A stretch of 64,000 nt of DNA from the human T2T-CHM13v2.0 reference genome, Homo sapiens (GCF_009914755.1 NC_060925.1); one strand, 5' to 3'; shown: positions 14,446-32,535, numbered from the stretch's first letter. The notes: generated by a model not told the origin, from the letters alone. Numbers and translations are program-made.

Positions 14446-17400
14446 GATGGAACGAGGCCAAGAATTGGGGTCCAACAGACTGCACGACACTGCTTTCCAG
14501 GCAGATATGATTGAAGCTGATTAAACTGTGAGCTGTTAGGATAAGGCTTTGTTCTCTAATTTCCAGAATTCAAGGGCTGGAGGGAGGCAGACAAGGCGGG
14601 GAGCAGGGATCACGATTAAAGGTCACCTACAAAGGGAGAGAAGATTAATTCACAAAATGGGAAGAAACCTCCTAGGATCCTTTGCCCCATGCTGTGGCTC
14701 TGGCTGAACATATTAACAGATTCTAGAAGGGCATCGGTCTGCAGCGCGCATGCTGTTCCTCTCAGCTGCCGCTACGGGACCTCCAGTTAGAACGTTTCAT
14801 GAGGCATGATTGGAAAAGCCAAAACTGGTGCCAGTGTTCCCCTTGCCATTCTCCTATAGGTGTCTAAGTTGCAAGAATTCCCCCCACCAAGGACCTCATC
14901 AAAGCTGTCTTCGTTCTGAAGGAAATTAAATCAATGCTGCTCGTAAATGTGTTTGCTGTTCCTAAACTGGCCTTTGTGCAATGCATAGTGAAAGCCGCTC
15001 ACCACTGGCTTAAGAAACTCCCGGGAGGCAGTTGCAAAGCTTTTTGAGGGAGATCGGAGGTGGGACAGTTTGCATGAATCATGCAAGATAGTCACATAGA
15101 AGACAGCACCTCCAATCACCTCACCCTGGTCTAGAGGCTTGGCATCTGGCTCAGTGGTGAGTTCCTGTCCCGGTGTGCAAATAGGCAAGGATTCACCAGG
15201 CAGGGTCTCCCAGCCGTCACAATGCCCAGTGTCCATAGGCGCCTGTGGAAGAGGCTCAGCTGAGCCAGAAAGAACCTAGGTTGTCTGGAGGCCTAAGGAG
15301 GAACTGCTTGCCAGGGAGGGGGCTCATTCAAGCCAAAGAGGCAAAATTGGTGAAAATCTAGCTAGGGAGTGAATTAATCCAGTTAATTAATTATTAAAGT
15401 AATAACTAGTCGTTAAATTGTGGACACAAGATGAAGGACCTTTTGTCACAATTCAATACTGTTGGCTTATTTTTTTTTTTAGTGAAACCCAACATAATTT
15501 CAGATATTTTACTAAACAATGTGAAAGTGGGGTTGGGGCACAGCTGATTTCCTGAAACCCACAGCCATCCATCGCCCCCAGCTTTGCCTCCAAGAGCTGT
15601 ACAGATGCACACGTGCCCGGCCTCTGCATGGGTGCGTGGAGAAGGATGGTCTTCTTGCCCTGGCCACCTGTGTCAAGATCCCCCCCTCACTTCTCATGGG
15701 ATCCACCTTTCAGGGCTGCCCACTGGCAGAGAAGCCTGCCGGGAAAACATGTCAGAAAAGAGGAGTCAGTGTGGGACTTGCCCAAGGAGGCCAGCAGCTG
15801 GAGAAAGATGGGCTTCGGCTGCACTTGCAATTGAGACTATAAGAAGGACTTCCCAAATGTGGGTGCTGCTGCAGCAGTGGAACAGGTTAGCAAGGAAGAA
15901 AGAGGAAAGCTTTTGATGTATAGATATATATGTAAAAGCATAAAGTCATTGTCATTGGATAACTATGTGTTTGTCTTCCCTGGACCTCTTAGCAGCTTCC
16001 TCCTAAGTGCATAAACTTAGAGAATACTTGTCAAGTACCTGCCTAGGAACTGAGTGCAGAGCAGTGGGGACCCTGGCCAACCCCAGGATCTCAATTCCCT
16101 GGCCCTTTGGAAAATTTTCAGAGTGTGGCAGGAGGGACTGAAGGAGGAGGATGTCCTCCGAGGTTGGGAGAAGGGTGGCTGGTCATGGGAAAAAGCACAA
16201 GTCTAGGCCTTTGCAAGACGGTGGCACCAAAATGAGGGGGCGCCCATGTGATTTTTTAAAAGTATAAAGCAGTTATTGTTGGTAAAAGCAGCACTCTGCT
16301 GGACTTTTCTATTTACTTTATGATGTCGTAAATAGGGACACGTTGGGGTGGGAGGTACCACCACTGTTTTAGCCCAGGGCCTCCCAAGGGTGAGCCTGGC
16401 CCTGGGGTCAGGGGTGGTGCAGGTTGGTGGCAGGGCCCCTGCCACCTCGCTGCCCACCAAGGGTCCTGCCATCAGCCCCCAGCAGCCACAGTGGTGAGTG
16501 ACTGATAGGCTCTCCTCCTGATGCTCTTCACACCCACGCTGTCCCTGGTCCTGTGGGCTACCACAGAAGCCTTTCACACATTTCATAAGTATTTCATGGG
16601 GCTTGTGACTGAGGGATCAGCAAAGCATCTACATCCAACAGGGCAGCCATGATCGGGCCATAAAAAGTTGTTTTTTCACATTATCATGAAGTGTTTAAAA
16701 AATGAGAATTCAGCTTTTGGAGCTACATGTGCTGATGGAGGCTCCCCTGCCACTTCCCAAGGGCAGGGAGTGTTGACAGTAGTTGGCTGCCTGAACAGAG
16801 CTGGGCTGGGCTGAGAACAGAGGCCCCGGGGTAGAAGGGAGTAGGACCCTCCCTGTGCCTTAGGGCATGCTGGGGACGCTGGGAGCAGCTACACTCGGTG
16901 CTCCCCAGCAGCTTGTGGTTGGAGGCCAGGGATGCTGCTACATGTCCTACGATGCACGGGACAGCCCCATGACAAAGAAATCTGGCCCCAAATGCCGAGT
17001 GCCAAAGTTCAGAGGCCTTGCCGTAGGCAGAGGGACAAGAGAATGGTAGCATCTACTGCATAAGAGGGGCCACAGGTGACCCTGCTGTGGCTGGAAGAGG
17101 CGTGGACGAGGCGGGGTTGGCAGAAGATGAGACCACAGAGGAAGGCCTGCTCCCTCCCTCCCTCCGTTCCTCCCTTCCTGCCTTCTTTTACTCAATACTT
17201 AGAGGGCTCATTCAATTGCAGGCAGTGCTGGGCCAGGGCTGGCTCACACAGGCCCACGGATGGCTCTCTTCCCAACTCCACGTCCAGTGACAGCCTGCCG
17301 GTCACTGAAATTGGCCACAATAGGAGTATTTACACCACAGAAATTGGCAAGCAAATGCTAAAACCAGTGTACCTCTGGAAAATATAAGAGCCGGTTGTTA

Positions 17401-18562
17401 AACGTGGTTGGGCCCTTGCTAGGGACTAGAGATGTCTAGGGAGCAAAACCAGGCCCAGCGCCTGCTCATGTGCAGTTTATGGTCTGGTGGGAGACACAGA
17501 CTTTCATCGAATAATTACACAACTGTTCGTTTCAGCTGTGAGAGATGTCATGCAGGAAAGGTTCCAGGAATTAATGACAGCGTGTGTGTGTGTGTGTGTG
17601 AGTGTGTGTGTTGGGGAGTTGTAGGGTACCCACACTAGGTGACCAGGAAAGGAGTCCCTGAAATAATCAGTATTGAAACAGAGCCCTGAGCCTGTGTAAG
17701 CTTCACCAGGCAGAGGAAAGTGACAGGCCGCTGTTCAGGCCAAGGGAACGGCAGGTGCAGGGATTGGAGAGGGGGAATTAGGGGCATCGGGGAAATGCAG
17801 GAAGCCCAGGGTGCCAAGGGCAGGGGTGAGAAGCTAAGGATGAAGCTGGCAAGGTCGGCCTGTGGGTCACAGCAAGGACCTTGGGCTTTACCAGGGAGCC
17901 ATTGAAGGATGATGAGCAGAAGAGGTCCCTGGGAAGATACCATTTTTTAAAAAAATTTCCTCTGGGCTTGAAGAGGATGGAATGAAAGAGAAAGAGGGAG
18001 GTAGGGTGTTGAGATACAGCTGGAGTGCTCCAGATAGGAGATGGTGGAGCCAACTGAGACAGGGGACAGGTGATGGAGACTCAGGAGTGATGGAATTCAG
18101 CAGGGGACGTTGCAACCTTAGCCTGCCCTCACCAAGCTCACTGCCTCAACTCTGCCTCAGTGGCAGCCGAGGTCCAAGTGCTCAGCCCCCCTATCTGAGG
18201 TCTGAGACCCTATGGGGCAGCAACAGGCCCAGCCAGGTGCAGGGACACATTCAGCCACCTCACTTGACCTCCAGGGAAGCCTGGTTCCCTGCGCCACCTC
18301 CAACTCAGACACACAAGACACATTTACAACTAAAGCTTTTCTATCAGGCTCCAGGGAGCTCTGCATCCAGGCACACATTTGACCCCAGGGATGCAGATGC
18401 CAGGGAGGTGCCAATGTGCTTGATGCTGCAGACATCAAAAGAGGCTCAGAAGCCCAGGGCATGGGTCACTCAGCCACAGGCTGGGTATAGACTCAAAATT
18501 TTAAATAGTAAAAGAAGAAAAAAAATTAATTAAAATGCTAGAGCACTAAGTCTTTCCCATAG

Positions 18563-18946
<384 letters not shown>

Positions 18947-21224
18947 TGACCTACCTCTGCATTTTTAACCACCTCCCTGGTAGCTGACATCCCTGATCTA
19001 AAGACCACTCTAGGAGCAGTCTCCCTCCTCTAAGTCCCAGCCCTACTGCAAGACTGTGGGATGGACCACGTGACCTTGAGGGCACCATTTAGCCCTAGAA
19101 TTCTGAATCCCACTGGGTGGGAGGCCCAGGTGACCCCATTCATGATGCCATTTGAGCAGCAAGTACCAGGGTGCTCCAAACTCTTCGGAGGTAGGCACCT
19201 TTCCTTGCTCTGGATGGCTCCTAGACAGGCATGTGGACTCAAGCCTGTGCAGCCCCTTTTAGTTGCAAATGTCAACCTCAGGCTAGGTGGAGGGGGGACT
19301 GTTTCAGGGCAAAAATGGTGGAAAGTAGTACATAGCAAAACCTTCTCAAAGCTTCTCCCAGACACTGGTGAATGGTGCACTGGGCCTGTCCGGCCATCAC
19401 CTCTGGCTCCAGGCTGCCTGTGTCACTCCAGCCCAGGGCTCACCCCCGCCAAAGTCTACCATCCTTCCATCCCGCCTTTCCATGCCACCTGTCCCCGGTA
19501 GCTTAGTAAGCATTAGGCATGAGTGTCTCTGGTCATAGAATGAATATGCAGGCACTGTACGGTTTGGTAGAGCAGTCCAAAGGATGGACAGACACGCAGA
19601 GCCCCAAGTTCAGTGGCAACACCCATGTGAACATCGGCCTGTCTTTCCCGATCACAGGCCTTTGGATCCCATCAAGTCTGTCTCGGTGCTTAGGCCTGTC
19701 TCTCTGTCTCTCTCTGTGTCTGTCTCTCACTCTGAGTCATGGCTGGCTTCAAGTTCCCCAGCCTGGCAGGCAGGGCCAGGAGCCATTTCCCAGCCTGTGA
19801 GAGTATCTTCCCACACCCCACACACCATCCTGCCTCTTGCCAGTTTGAGCAATCCTTGCCAATGTTATGTAACCAAGCACAGGCGTTCAAGAACAGGCGA
19901 GAGGGCTGCTCACATAGGTTCTTCTACACTGGGAGGCGGGGAATTCAGGGTTGAAGCAGAGCTCCCACACTAGCCTGCTGGAAACATCGGGGGACCCCTC
20001 TGAGCCTTCACTTCCCATCTGAAATGTGCCCTTTGCCCCTTTATTCCTGGGGGAAGGCAAGAGAAACTGAGGCTTCCCAAAGGAATATCCAAGTGAATAA
20101 TGGTATCATCTTCCTTGGCTGTCAAAACAAGTAGAACAGGGAAGGGCTGAGCTGGGGGGAAAGGCAAAGGAAATGGTATTTCCCATAACCTGGACTTTTC
20201 CCATCACTGATGACATTGGACATCTCCATATACCAGGCCCTGGTAATACAAATATGGAAAGACTTGGCTGATGACCTCGGCAATCACTTTGTGGCAGGGC
20301 AGATGGACAGGCCATGCACAGCAGTGCCAGCAGGAAGCAGTGTGCTGGGTGGACAGTGCACACAGCCAGAGGGACGGCCACTCAGGGCAGCGTGGGGGAA
20401 GACATATTCGGAAGGGCCTCCCTCTACAAAACCAATAAATCTGGAATGAAACATACTTTTTAATGCATTCCTGGTCTCACAGAAAATAAGGGAAATCCCC
20501 AAGACGTCTACAGACAAAAAACAAAAGCTGTAAGCTAACACCAGAACAGGAGCAGTGAGTGATCACCAAAGGCAAAAGCTGAGGTTGTCCTGGAGGCAAA
20601 TGCTGCTATCAGGACTGTTATCAGGGGGTTAAATTTTGGGATATAGCAAAGTGGAAGAACAGAGCCAGAGATGCTGTCATTCAACCAGAGTCTCTCAAAG
20701 GGGCATGAAGTGGCCCCTGGACCCAGGTCTCATCCCCACTCCTCTTCTCTTCCCCACCCCAGTAGAAGTTAATGTAAATCCTCTCTGGAGAAAGGCATCT
20801 GCTATTTAGACCCAAAGATTCCCGCAAATTAAGATCAAATATGTGTTCAGCATGAGTGAAAGTCAGCAAAAACAAATAGCAAATTTAGACCCTCTAAGGC
20901 CTTTTCAGGTTTAGTAATTATCAATACCAAATACAAAATACTAAATACTATGCATAAAATACTTAAGGAAATGTCAGATGAAATCACAGACATGAGCAAA
21001 CAACAGGAAACTGTCTCACAAGACCAGGAAAACTTGAAAGAGAAAACAGATAAAACGTTTTAGAAATGAAAAAAATATAGCTGATAACATTAAAAATGAA
21101 TAAAAGGGTGGGTTAAACAGCAGACTAAATAGGTGAAGAGATAATTTTAAAAATGGAAAAAAAGACCTAAGGAAATTACCAAGAATGCAACGCACAGAGA
21201 TGAGATGAAAACTAAAGGAGAAAT

Positions 21225-21760
<536 letters not shown>

Positions 21761-21955
21761 GTCACAAGATAGGAAAAAATAGAATTAGAAAGTCCAACTT
21801 ATATCTAACTGGAATCCCAGAAGGAGAGAACCGAGAGAATGGAAAAGAGGTAATATTGTAAGAGATAATGGTTCAGAATATTCAAAAAAAGGAGTCCAGA
21901 GATACAGGAAGCACAATTATATCATTCAGAATAAATTTGAAATATCCACATCTAG

Positions 21956-22401
<446 letters not shown>

Positions 22402-22881
22402 TAAAACAAAAGGCAAACTCTCAACCTAAAACCGTGTTCCCAGCAAAACCCTTTGAAGCACAAGGGTAAAACAGACTTTCTTCAGATAGGCAAAAGTTGT
22501 AACAGCTAACTACCAAAACACTTGTAATCGAAAAATCTTTTAAACCATGTTCTTCAGGAATAAGAAAAGTTATTCCAGAAGGAAGGTCTGAGGTACAAGA
22601 AGACATGATGAACAAAGAAATTGGTAAACATGTAAGTCAATTATTTTAAGCAAACGTTATCAGTATAAAATAATCATCGTGACAATGTCTAAATTATGGG
22701 GTTTCAAAAGAGGATAGAATTAAAATCCTGGATGTGGTAGCATGGAAGTCAGGAGGAGTGAGCAGAATTAATATATTTTAAATAATTCTTACTATTTAGG
22801 ATGGCATTAGGATATTGAACAACCCTAGGTTTTATTAAGGTAAATAGGTATAGTGACTTTTCAAGGGTAATCATTAAGGCC

Positions 22882-23062
22882 GTGGTTCTAGAACTTGAGA
22901 ATACCTCAGAATTATCTGGTGGGTTATGAAGCAGACCACTGGGCTCCACCCCCAGAGTTTCTGTTCCAGGAGATCTGGGGTACAGTTCTAGAATTTTCAT
23001 TTCTACCAAATTCCCAGATGCTGCTGATGCTACTAGTCCAGGGACCACACTTTGAGAACTAC
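22882..23062. mobile_element. MER5A-like hAT element
   Basis: gtggttct...aaattcccagatgctgctgatgct...gggaccacactttgagaac. Confidence 0.75.
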
Positions 23063-23176
23063 AACTACTATACTAAAATCAGAAGCAGAGAAAGCTTAAC
23101 TTCCAAACCAACGGAGGGTGGCGGGGAAATGGAATGAGAAAACAAACCAAAGAAAAAAATAATCTTCCATCCAGAC

Positions 23177-23791
<615 letters not shown>

Positions 23792-24114
23792 TCTGGACAG
23801 TAAGTGACATGGGCCCGCAGGGGACAGAGGCCTCCACTCCGTCACTGAGTATCCACTCTATGTCAGACACAAGGCTGAACACTTTGCACACATCATTTCA
23901 TTTCATCCTCACACCATCCTGTGAGATTAAGCGTTCCTATCATCCCCGTTTTACAGAGGGGAAAACCGAGGTTGAGAAAATGTAAAACGCTTCCGTGAGA
24001 TCTTTTGGTTGATAAGCCACGGAGCTGGGATTCAAACCCAGGGCTCCCATATTCCAGTGCCAGCCTCTGAACGTCTAGGCCAGGCGTTTCTCTATGTGGT
24101 CTTTTGCACCGGGC

Positions 24115-24310
24115 CAAAAAACTTTGTGGGCTTTAAGCTTTAGGCTTTGTGGGCCTGTCTCAACGTCTCAACTCTGCCATTGTAGCATGAAAGCAGCTTT
24201 AGACAATAAATAAACAAATGGGCATGGCTGTGATCTAATAAAAACTTTATTTAGAAAAATAGGAGGGAGGGCTGGATTCGGCCTGGGAGGCCGTAGTCTG
24301 CTGACCTCTA
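24115..24310 (+). mobile_element. MER58A-like hAT-Charlie element
   Basis: caactctgccattgtagcatgaaagcagc...aataaaaactttattt...gctggattcggcc. Confidence 0.8.
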
Positions 24311-25598
24311 TGCTGGGCCAACACAATTGCCTCTGTAAGGCCTCATTTAGGGGAGACGTCAATGGTCACACTCAGTAGTACTAACATTCTGTGGGTGGGG
24401 GGGTGTGCATGCGTGCATATGTGTTGGGGTGGGTGGAAGGATGCACAGCCTCTCGTTCCAAAGTCCACAGTCTTTCTAGTTTCTGGAAGGATCCCGAGTG
24501 ACTGCCTTTTAGTGGTAGCTTCTCAGACTCCACCAGGGACTCAGCCAGCACCCGCGACTCGGCAGCCCCTCCGCTGAGCAGCCTGGCCATCAACATGAGT
24601 TATTCCCTCTCTCAAGACTGAGAAGGAGGGAAATAAAAGCCAGGATTGATGGAATCCGGACATAAAATCTGGCCCCATAATGCCTGCATTTTGGAAACTG
24701 CCTTTAATTAATGGTTTATGACCCCAAGGCCCCCCTAGACTCCTCCCAAGCCCTTCTGTCACGTCGTCTCGTTGGTGCTCAGTCCTCAGGGGTGGGGGAG
24801 AAGGAGGCGGTGGTGAATAGGGGCGGTGAATAGCTGTCTTGCAGAAACCAAAATGTGTGGTTTGCGCACATGAACCCAGCCTGGCCTCTGGCATTCCTAG
24901 GGCCTGGACTCCATAAATAATGCGAGCTGTAAAGCCAGCTCCCCTCACAGCCCTGAGGCCTGCTCACTACAGAAAATAAATAACCCACACACACTCACAA
25001 AGACACACAGGCACACGCACACACACGCTCACATTGCACACCAGACGTTTGCCTTTTCTGTTTGTCCACGTATCTGTTATCCCCTCTCTGACCTCGACTC
25101 CCTCTCTCCCTCTCCTCCTTTCAATTTACTTTCGCATCTTTATTGCATCTGGACACCCTTTCTCTCCCCAAACCCTCTTCTTTGAACCTTCCCCTCTTCT
25201 GGGGGACTCAGGAGCAGCAGCCAACTTCTGCTCCCATCTCCTTTCTCTCCTTCCCATGCTCCTTTAGCTCCCTTTCTTGGGGAGACATAGCCAAGGGCTG
25301 CAGACACCCCCCACCCACCCACCTGGGCACAGAACGGACAGATCCACCCTCACCTCACTGAGAGCCCCACCCCTCCCACCTTGACCAGGCAAGAGTCCAG
25401 CAGGGACAGTGAATTTCTGCCCTGCCAGGCTGGACAACCAGGAGGACTTGTTCCCTCTGAAGGCACCAAAGCTGTAGCCAGGAATGTAGTGGGAAGGAAG
25501 TGGCTGCAGCTAAACTCTAGGTGTGGCCAAACAGTGCCCAAGCCCCAGGAGAGGGGCCCCTTATTGCCAACAATAGCCAGCCTTGACTAAGTGCCTAC

Positions 25599-25750
25599 TG
25601 TCAGCCTGAAAAAACAGACATCAGAAAAAAATATCTCCTATATGATGAATGTATTTGGGAGTAAGCATAAATGGATTAGTCTCTGGAAGTATAGCTGTGG
25701 CAAGCCATAGGTGCGTCTGGAGAGGGGACAGCAAAGGGAAGCTTTTATTG

Positions 25751-25788
<38 letters not shown>

Positions 25789-26080
25789 GTTCACATAAGC
25801 TGCTTGGAAACAGACTTCATTGGCTGCAGAGGCTCAAAGCTAGAGTTGGCATCAGTTCATTGGTGGAGATGACGTTACTGGGCAGTGTTCTTTGGAGAAC
25901 ATCTTACCTGAATTGCTGCAGTCCTGAAGAAGGAATTTCTTGGGGGCTATTTTAGAAAGTCCTTGAGACAGTCCTTATCTCAAACATGCAAGCATGAGTT
26001 CCCCTCCTTCGTGATTTCCCGGCTCTAATTCTTCTGGTTCTGACAAAAGTGATTTCATCCTGGTATCTGCAACTTTCACA
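25599..26080 (-). mobile_element. ERV1-type solo LTR (family not determined) with internal A31 run at 25753-25783
   Basis: TG...CA termini (minus strand begins TGTGAAAGTTGCAG), ~480 bp. Confidence 0.65.
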
Positions 26081-27324
26081 CCCCCATAGCTTCGCATTCA
26101 GAGTTTATAACATTCATTTCAAGCTACGAGGCAGATATTCTCATTATTCCCATTTTATATATGGAGAAACGGAGGCTTCAAGGAATCTGCCTGATGCTGA
26201 GGTCTGTTCAACTCCAAAGCCTGGTCCAAATGGATGACAGGGGCCGTGTCTTGGAACTTTGGGTAACCAGATTTGGCCACATATCACCTCTCCTCTTCCC
26301 AGAAGCACATAACAGAGGTGAGACTCAGCTAGCAGAATAAAACAGAGTGAAGCCAGCCAGGCTGGAGGCCTCCCGGGGGCTCTCAGCTCTTTCCCATCCA
26401 GGAAGGATGCCGTGTTTCAGTGCCTGTTCCAATCCCTATAGAATTTGGAGTCCTGTGCCTGATCCAAAAGACTTCCCTGCAAGCCATGCCGGTCCGTGGG
26501 AGCCGGGCACCAGCACTGGCTGCCGGCCTGCACCCCGGCCTGACAGCCCTGTCACCTGGCAGGAAGGTGGGGCCCTGGCGGGGCTGCAGAGGCAGCTGCT
26601 GCCGTTTCCGCATTCCTGGCACCATGGCAACAGGAGGCCACTCAGACGGGTGACCTGCACAGAGCTCTCTGCAACCTCTGCCATTTCCTTGGGAAAAACA
26701 AAGGGCTTAGGCTCACTGAGAAGGGAAACGTGATAATGTTGGCAGTGACCTCTCAACCCATACTTGTCCCAGCACGGACAGCCCGTCACACTCACCCCCG
26801 CTGAGTCCTCACGGCAGCCCACAGAGGAGGCAGGCAGCAGAGAATGGTACCGGGTTAGCTTTACAGAGGAGGAAACTGAGGCACAAGGTGTTTGGGAGAC
26901 AGGTTTTGGTGGAGATGGGGATGATGGATGAGTGTGTGGTCACCAGGTGGATACAGTCCTTTTCAAAGAGTCCCTCAAGGAGTTTAAAATGGAGAGAGGG
27001 AAGGCCTTGTGGGGAGGGGGTTTGTAACTTGAAAAAGTGAGATTTCTAGGCTTTTTTCTACATATCAAACATACTATAGTCAATGCAGAAAACTTGGGAG
27101 ACAGAAAAGTATGCACAGTCACAAATACTCTCACACTCACACGGGCACATTCACACACACACTCGCACAATTACCTATCACTTCTTTTCCAGAGACAGAC
27201 TTTTCATGTTGATCCATCTAGTACTTTACATATTTTTATATACTAGATTTTCTCCACCTAGTATATTGTATACACACACGTGTATATAATAATTATACAC
27301 TTTACATCTACATATAATTTTTAA

Positions 27325-28795
<1,471 letters not shown>

Positions 28796-29351
28796 TGTTT
28801 AGGTTTTTATCGAACCCTCTTTTAGAGAGATTCTTTTCCCCTCTCAATTGAGTCTCTGTAACCTGAACTTTTCATATTTACCAGGCCTTGATGCAACGAA
28901 CCATATATAGAAGAGTGGGGTTAGAAAATGTTGGTGGATGAACTTTTTTTTTTTTTTGGTCTGTGAGGGCCATTCCAGAAACAGCTTTCAGTGTATTAAG
29001 GAATGGAGCTGGGTTCCATTTATCCTACGAAAATAAATCACCCAGTTGCCCAAAGACGACTGCCGCTGTGTTGTTTACAATAGTGAAAAATTGGAAACAA
29101 CCGCCATGCCCATCAGTAGGAGGTGAAATAAATTACGGAGCCTCCTTCTGATGAATCCCGCGCAGTCAAAAGGTACCGCAGGTCTCTGTGGAGATGGAAC
29201 AGTCTCCTCCACAGCGAAAGTGAACAGGCATATCACAAATGCACACACCTCAAATGCACGCACCCCGTAAGCAAGCGGGTCTGTGTGTGTTTGTAAGTGT
29301 GGCTTTTCTGTATCCAGAAAAGAGTATTTAACAGCTGCTGTCTCTAGGTGG

Positions 29352-29946
29352 TGTCGATCTAGAAGAATGATGAGACAGGTCTCAGTCATTTTAGGAGGTG
29401 TATTTGTCAAAGTTAAGGACGCGCGCCCAGGAGACAGGTCTGTGCCTTTCTCCGAAGATGATTTTGAGGCCTCCAGATTTAAAGGCGAAAGGATATTGAG
29501 AAGCACACAGTTTCATGTAAGAGGGGGGCGGGGGAAAATAATCATTCGTGCCTTTGTCTGGCCCAGTGAATCTGCATTTTTACATAAGGTAACATAGACA
29601 GATGGGGAACATGCAGGAAATCGACATTTTTACATAAGATAAAGATAAATGAGGCAGGGGAACAATCAGATATGCATTTGTGCCAGGTGAGCAGAGGGGT
29701 GAATACTGTGTAAAGATAAGCTATCCATTTACATTGCCATGGTGAATTTTAACAGAAATGCTTTAGGGTAAATATCTCCAAGCTCGCCAGGAATTTCCTT
29801 GTGGGCAAAATATGAGGGAGGTGTGTAGCAGTTCATCTTATTTAGGAATCAAAACGGGGAGGCAGGTTTGTGTGACCCAGTTCCCGGCTTGACTTTTCCC
29901 TTTGGCTTAATGAGTTTGGGGTCCCAAGATTTATTTGCCTTTCACA
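29352..29946 (-). mobile_element. MER4-family (MER4A-like) ERV1 solo LTR
   Basis: Minus strand starts TGTGAAAGGCAAATAAATCTTGGGACCCCAAACTCATTAAGCCAAAGGGAAAAGTCAAG, the MER4A-type 5' end. Confidence 0.85.
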
Positions 29947-30200
29947 GTCACGTGGGGTGATCTTCATTTACTGTTTTATTTTTTTCTGGGATAAGCTTTT
30001 CTTCTTTTCTTTTCATAGATTACTTTTGTAATGGGGGCAAGGGCAGAAAAACAAAAACGCCAAAAGCCACTTTGATTTTGAAGAGAATACATGGAGGGGA
30101 GGATGTCCCCACCACCCTCTGCCTCCCGGGGGTATGGCCTGCCCAGCCCCTGCCCCCAGCAGCCTCGTCCCCCAGCATGGCCTGCACTTGTGTGTTGCAG

Positions 30201-30406
30201 ACTCGGACAGCCAGTGCAGCCCCACGCGGCAGAGCCTCAGCCTGTCGGAAGGCGAGGAGCAGATGGACCGGCTGCAGCAGGTGGAGCTGGTGAGGACCAC
30301 CCCTATGTCCCACTGGAAGGCGGGCACCGTCCAGGCCTGGCTGGAGGTGGTGATGGCCATGCCTATGTACGTCAAGGCCTGCACGGAGAACGTGAAGAGC
30401 GGGAAG
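30201..30406 (+). CDS. KAZN: KAZN exon 9 (DSDSQCSPTRQ...HWKAGTVQAWLEVVMAMPMYVKACTENVKSGK), start of SAM domain 1
   Basis: tgttgcag|...AAG|gtaggc; 206 nt, phase 1 to 0; liprin-like SAM motif W...V..WL. Confidence 0.95.
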
Positions 30407-30835
30407 GTAGGCAACTCCGGGCCCCCTATGGGATGCCACCCATGCCCTCTGTGAGCTTTACGTACCCAGAAGCTGGCCTGCCCCCCACTCCTACCCTGGA
30501 GTCAGGAGAAGGTGCAATCTAGGAGCTAGCCAATGCAATCAGCCTCTGATGTACCTGCTCATTGTGCCTCCCTGGCAAGGCAGAGAGCCCTCAGCTGCCT
30601 CATCCTGACAATGGACCCAGGTTTCCTTTACCTGCCTAAGGGAAAGGGCTCCCTCTGCCTGAACAGGGATTCCGCCCCACATCAGAGTTGCAGAGGTTTC
30701 CATGTGCCCTGACCCCACTGTATGAAAGGTGGGCAGGAGATGGGGAAGGAGCCCCATGTCAACAGACCCCCTCTAGGGCAGGAACCCCGCCGGCAGCTGT
30801 CCCAGCCCCCATATGACACTCCCTCCCGGGGGCAG

Positions 30836-30954
30836 GTGCTGCTGAGCCTGAGTGACGAGGACCTGCAGCTGGGCCTTGGGGTGTGCAGCTCCCTGCACCG
30901 GCGCAAGCTGCGCCTGGCCATCGAGGACTACCGTGATGCCGAGGCAGGCCGCAG
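30836..30954 (+). CDS. KAZN: KAZN exon 10 (VLLSLSDEDLQLGLGVCSSLHRRKLRLAIEDYRDAEAGR), end of SAM1
   Basis: ggcag|...CAG|gtgagc; 119 nt, phase 0 to 2; HRRKLRLAI is the typical SAM C-terminal helix. Confidence 0.95.
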
Positions 30955-32320
30955 GTGAGCCCACCACGAGGGGCCCCGGGGGAGGAGAGAAAAAGTCATC
31001 CTGAGGCCTTTGGTCACACAGGTGGGGTGAGCGGGGCACTGTGGGCTGAACCAGGTGGTGGGGGACAGCAGGGTGTGACTAAGATGGTCCGGGGATGCCC
31101 CTGATGAGGGGGCTTGGGCATACCCCAGCCCTGCTCTGGGCCAGCCCCCTCCGTAGAAAGACAGACACATGGGGAAGACAAGAGGCCCCAAAGGCCCTAG
31201 TACACCCCCAACCAATGCGGGAACCTCACGAGCCCCCCAGCACTCCTCTGCCTTCCGGGACCAGCCCAAGCAGCTCTGCACACTGGGCCGCCATGGTGTC
31301 TGCTCCTGGTTCTTACCATACATAACAGGGTGAGGAAAAACGGTGCAAGGCAGAGCCGAGGCAGGCAGAGATCAAGTAGGCGTGAGTGGGCTTGGTGAAA
31401 CCTCTCCCATAGAGGAGCGGGCCAGGTGGAGGGGGCTTCTCTTAGCAAGCATACCTGGGATGGCTGCAGGGCCTTCTCATCAGGTGTACCCCCGCAGGCC
31501 ACCCACCCCCACCGCTCATACCACTCCTGCTCTGCCTCCGGCCTGCCTGCCTCTCTCCTGGCTTTCTGTGAGCAAAATTTGTTGAGCAGGGGCAGCTACA
31601 GGGTAAAGGGAAGGAACCCCCACCCCCACCCCGCCCCACCCCGTTCTGAGAATGTGGAGAGGGGAAGAACTCGCTTTGTAAATCTGACACTTCTGTTTTG
31701 CATAATTATGTCCTTCACTGGTTTCTCCATCATTTTTGTGTAGTTAGTTAATCAAACCTGGTGGTGTGTGCTGTAATTTGCAGAAGCAGCTTAGGGGATT
31801 TTTTTAGAAGCAGGGTTTGGGGTGGAAAATCGGCTGGTTTGGAAGCAGGAAAACCAAATCCATATGTGTGCAGGAGAGGGGCCCTCGGCATGACTCTAGG
31901 GTGGCAGGAAGTACTGAGGTGAGACTGGATCAGAAACTTAGGGAGCGACTCAGAGCAAGAAGGTGCCAGGCCTCATTGGCACCATCAGGATGCTGGCTCG
32001 TCTGAGACAGGGCTGGGCTGAGGGATGGGGAGGAGGGCCATGAGGGCAACCCCTGCTGGGCTTTCCTTCCTGAGGGTCCCAAAAACACCTTACACCCAGC
32101 ACCCACCTCCTAACCAGTTCCATCCAGGAATCCCCTAAAGCCATCCCTGAATCCCCTCACCATCTTTGGTCACCCAAGTAGGAAATCCCTCCTGCCCCCT
32201 TACCCCACACCCAGCAGGGTCCATAAACACTGCCTGTGTTCAATGAACAGGGTGGGGATGACTGCTTCATCTTTCAAAAACTTCAGGAGTCTGGGCTACT
32301 GCCTGGGTTCCCCCTAAATG

Positions 32321-32535
32321 GGGATAAGCTTTTCTTCTTTTCTTTTCATAGATTACTTTTGTAGTGGGGGCAAGGGCAGAAAAACAAAAACACTAAAAGC
32401 CACTTTGATTTTGAAGAGAAGAAATGCATGGGGGGAGGACGTCCCCACCGTCCTCTGCCTCCCAGGGGTGCGGCCTGCCCAGCCCCTGCCCCCGACAGCC
32501 TCGTCCCCCAGCATGGCCTGCACTTGTGTGTTGCA
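32321..32535 (+). repeat. Direct duplicate of 29988-30199 (3' end of KAZN intron 8)
   Basis: Manual alignment: about 12 substitutions and 2 indels over ~212 nt; flanked by CCCCTAAATGGGG direct repeats. Confidence 0.95.

Noticed and set aside
24640-24930. Homeodomain-like motifs in non-repetitive AT-rich patches (also ~34290-34560 and ~59460-59720)
   Set aside because: Possibly enhancers, but short motifs alone cannot be told from chance without conservation or chromatin data.
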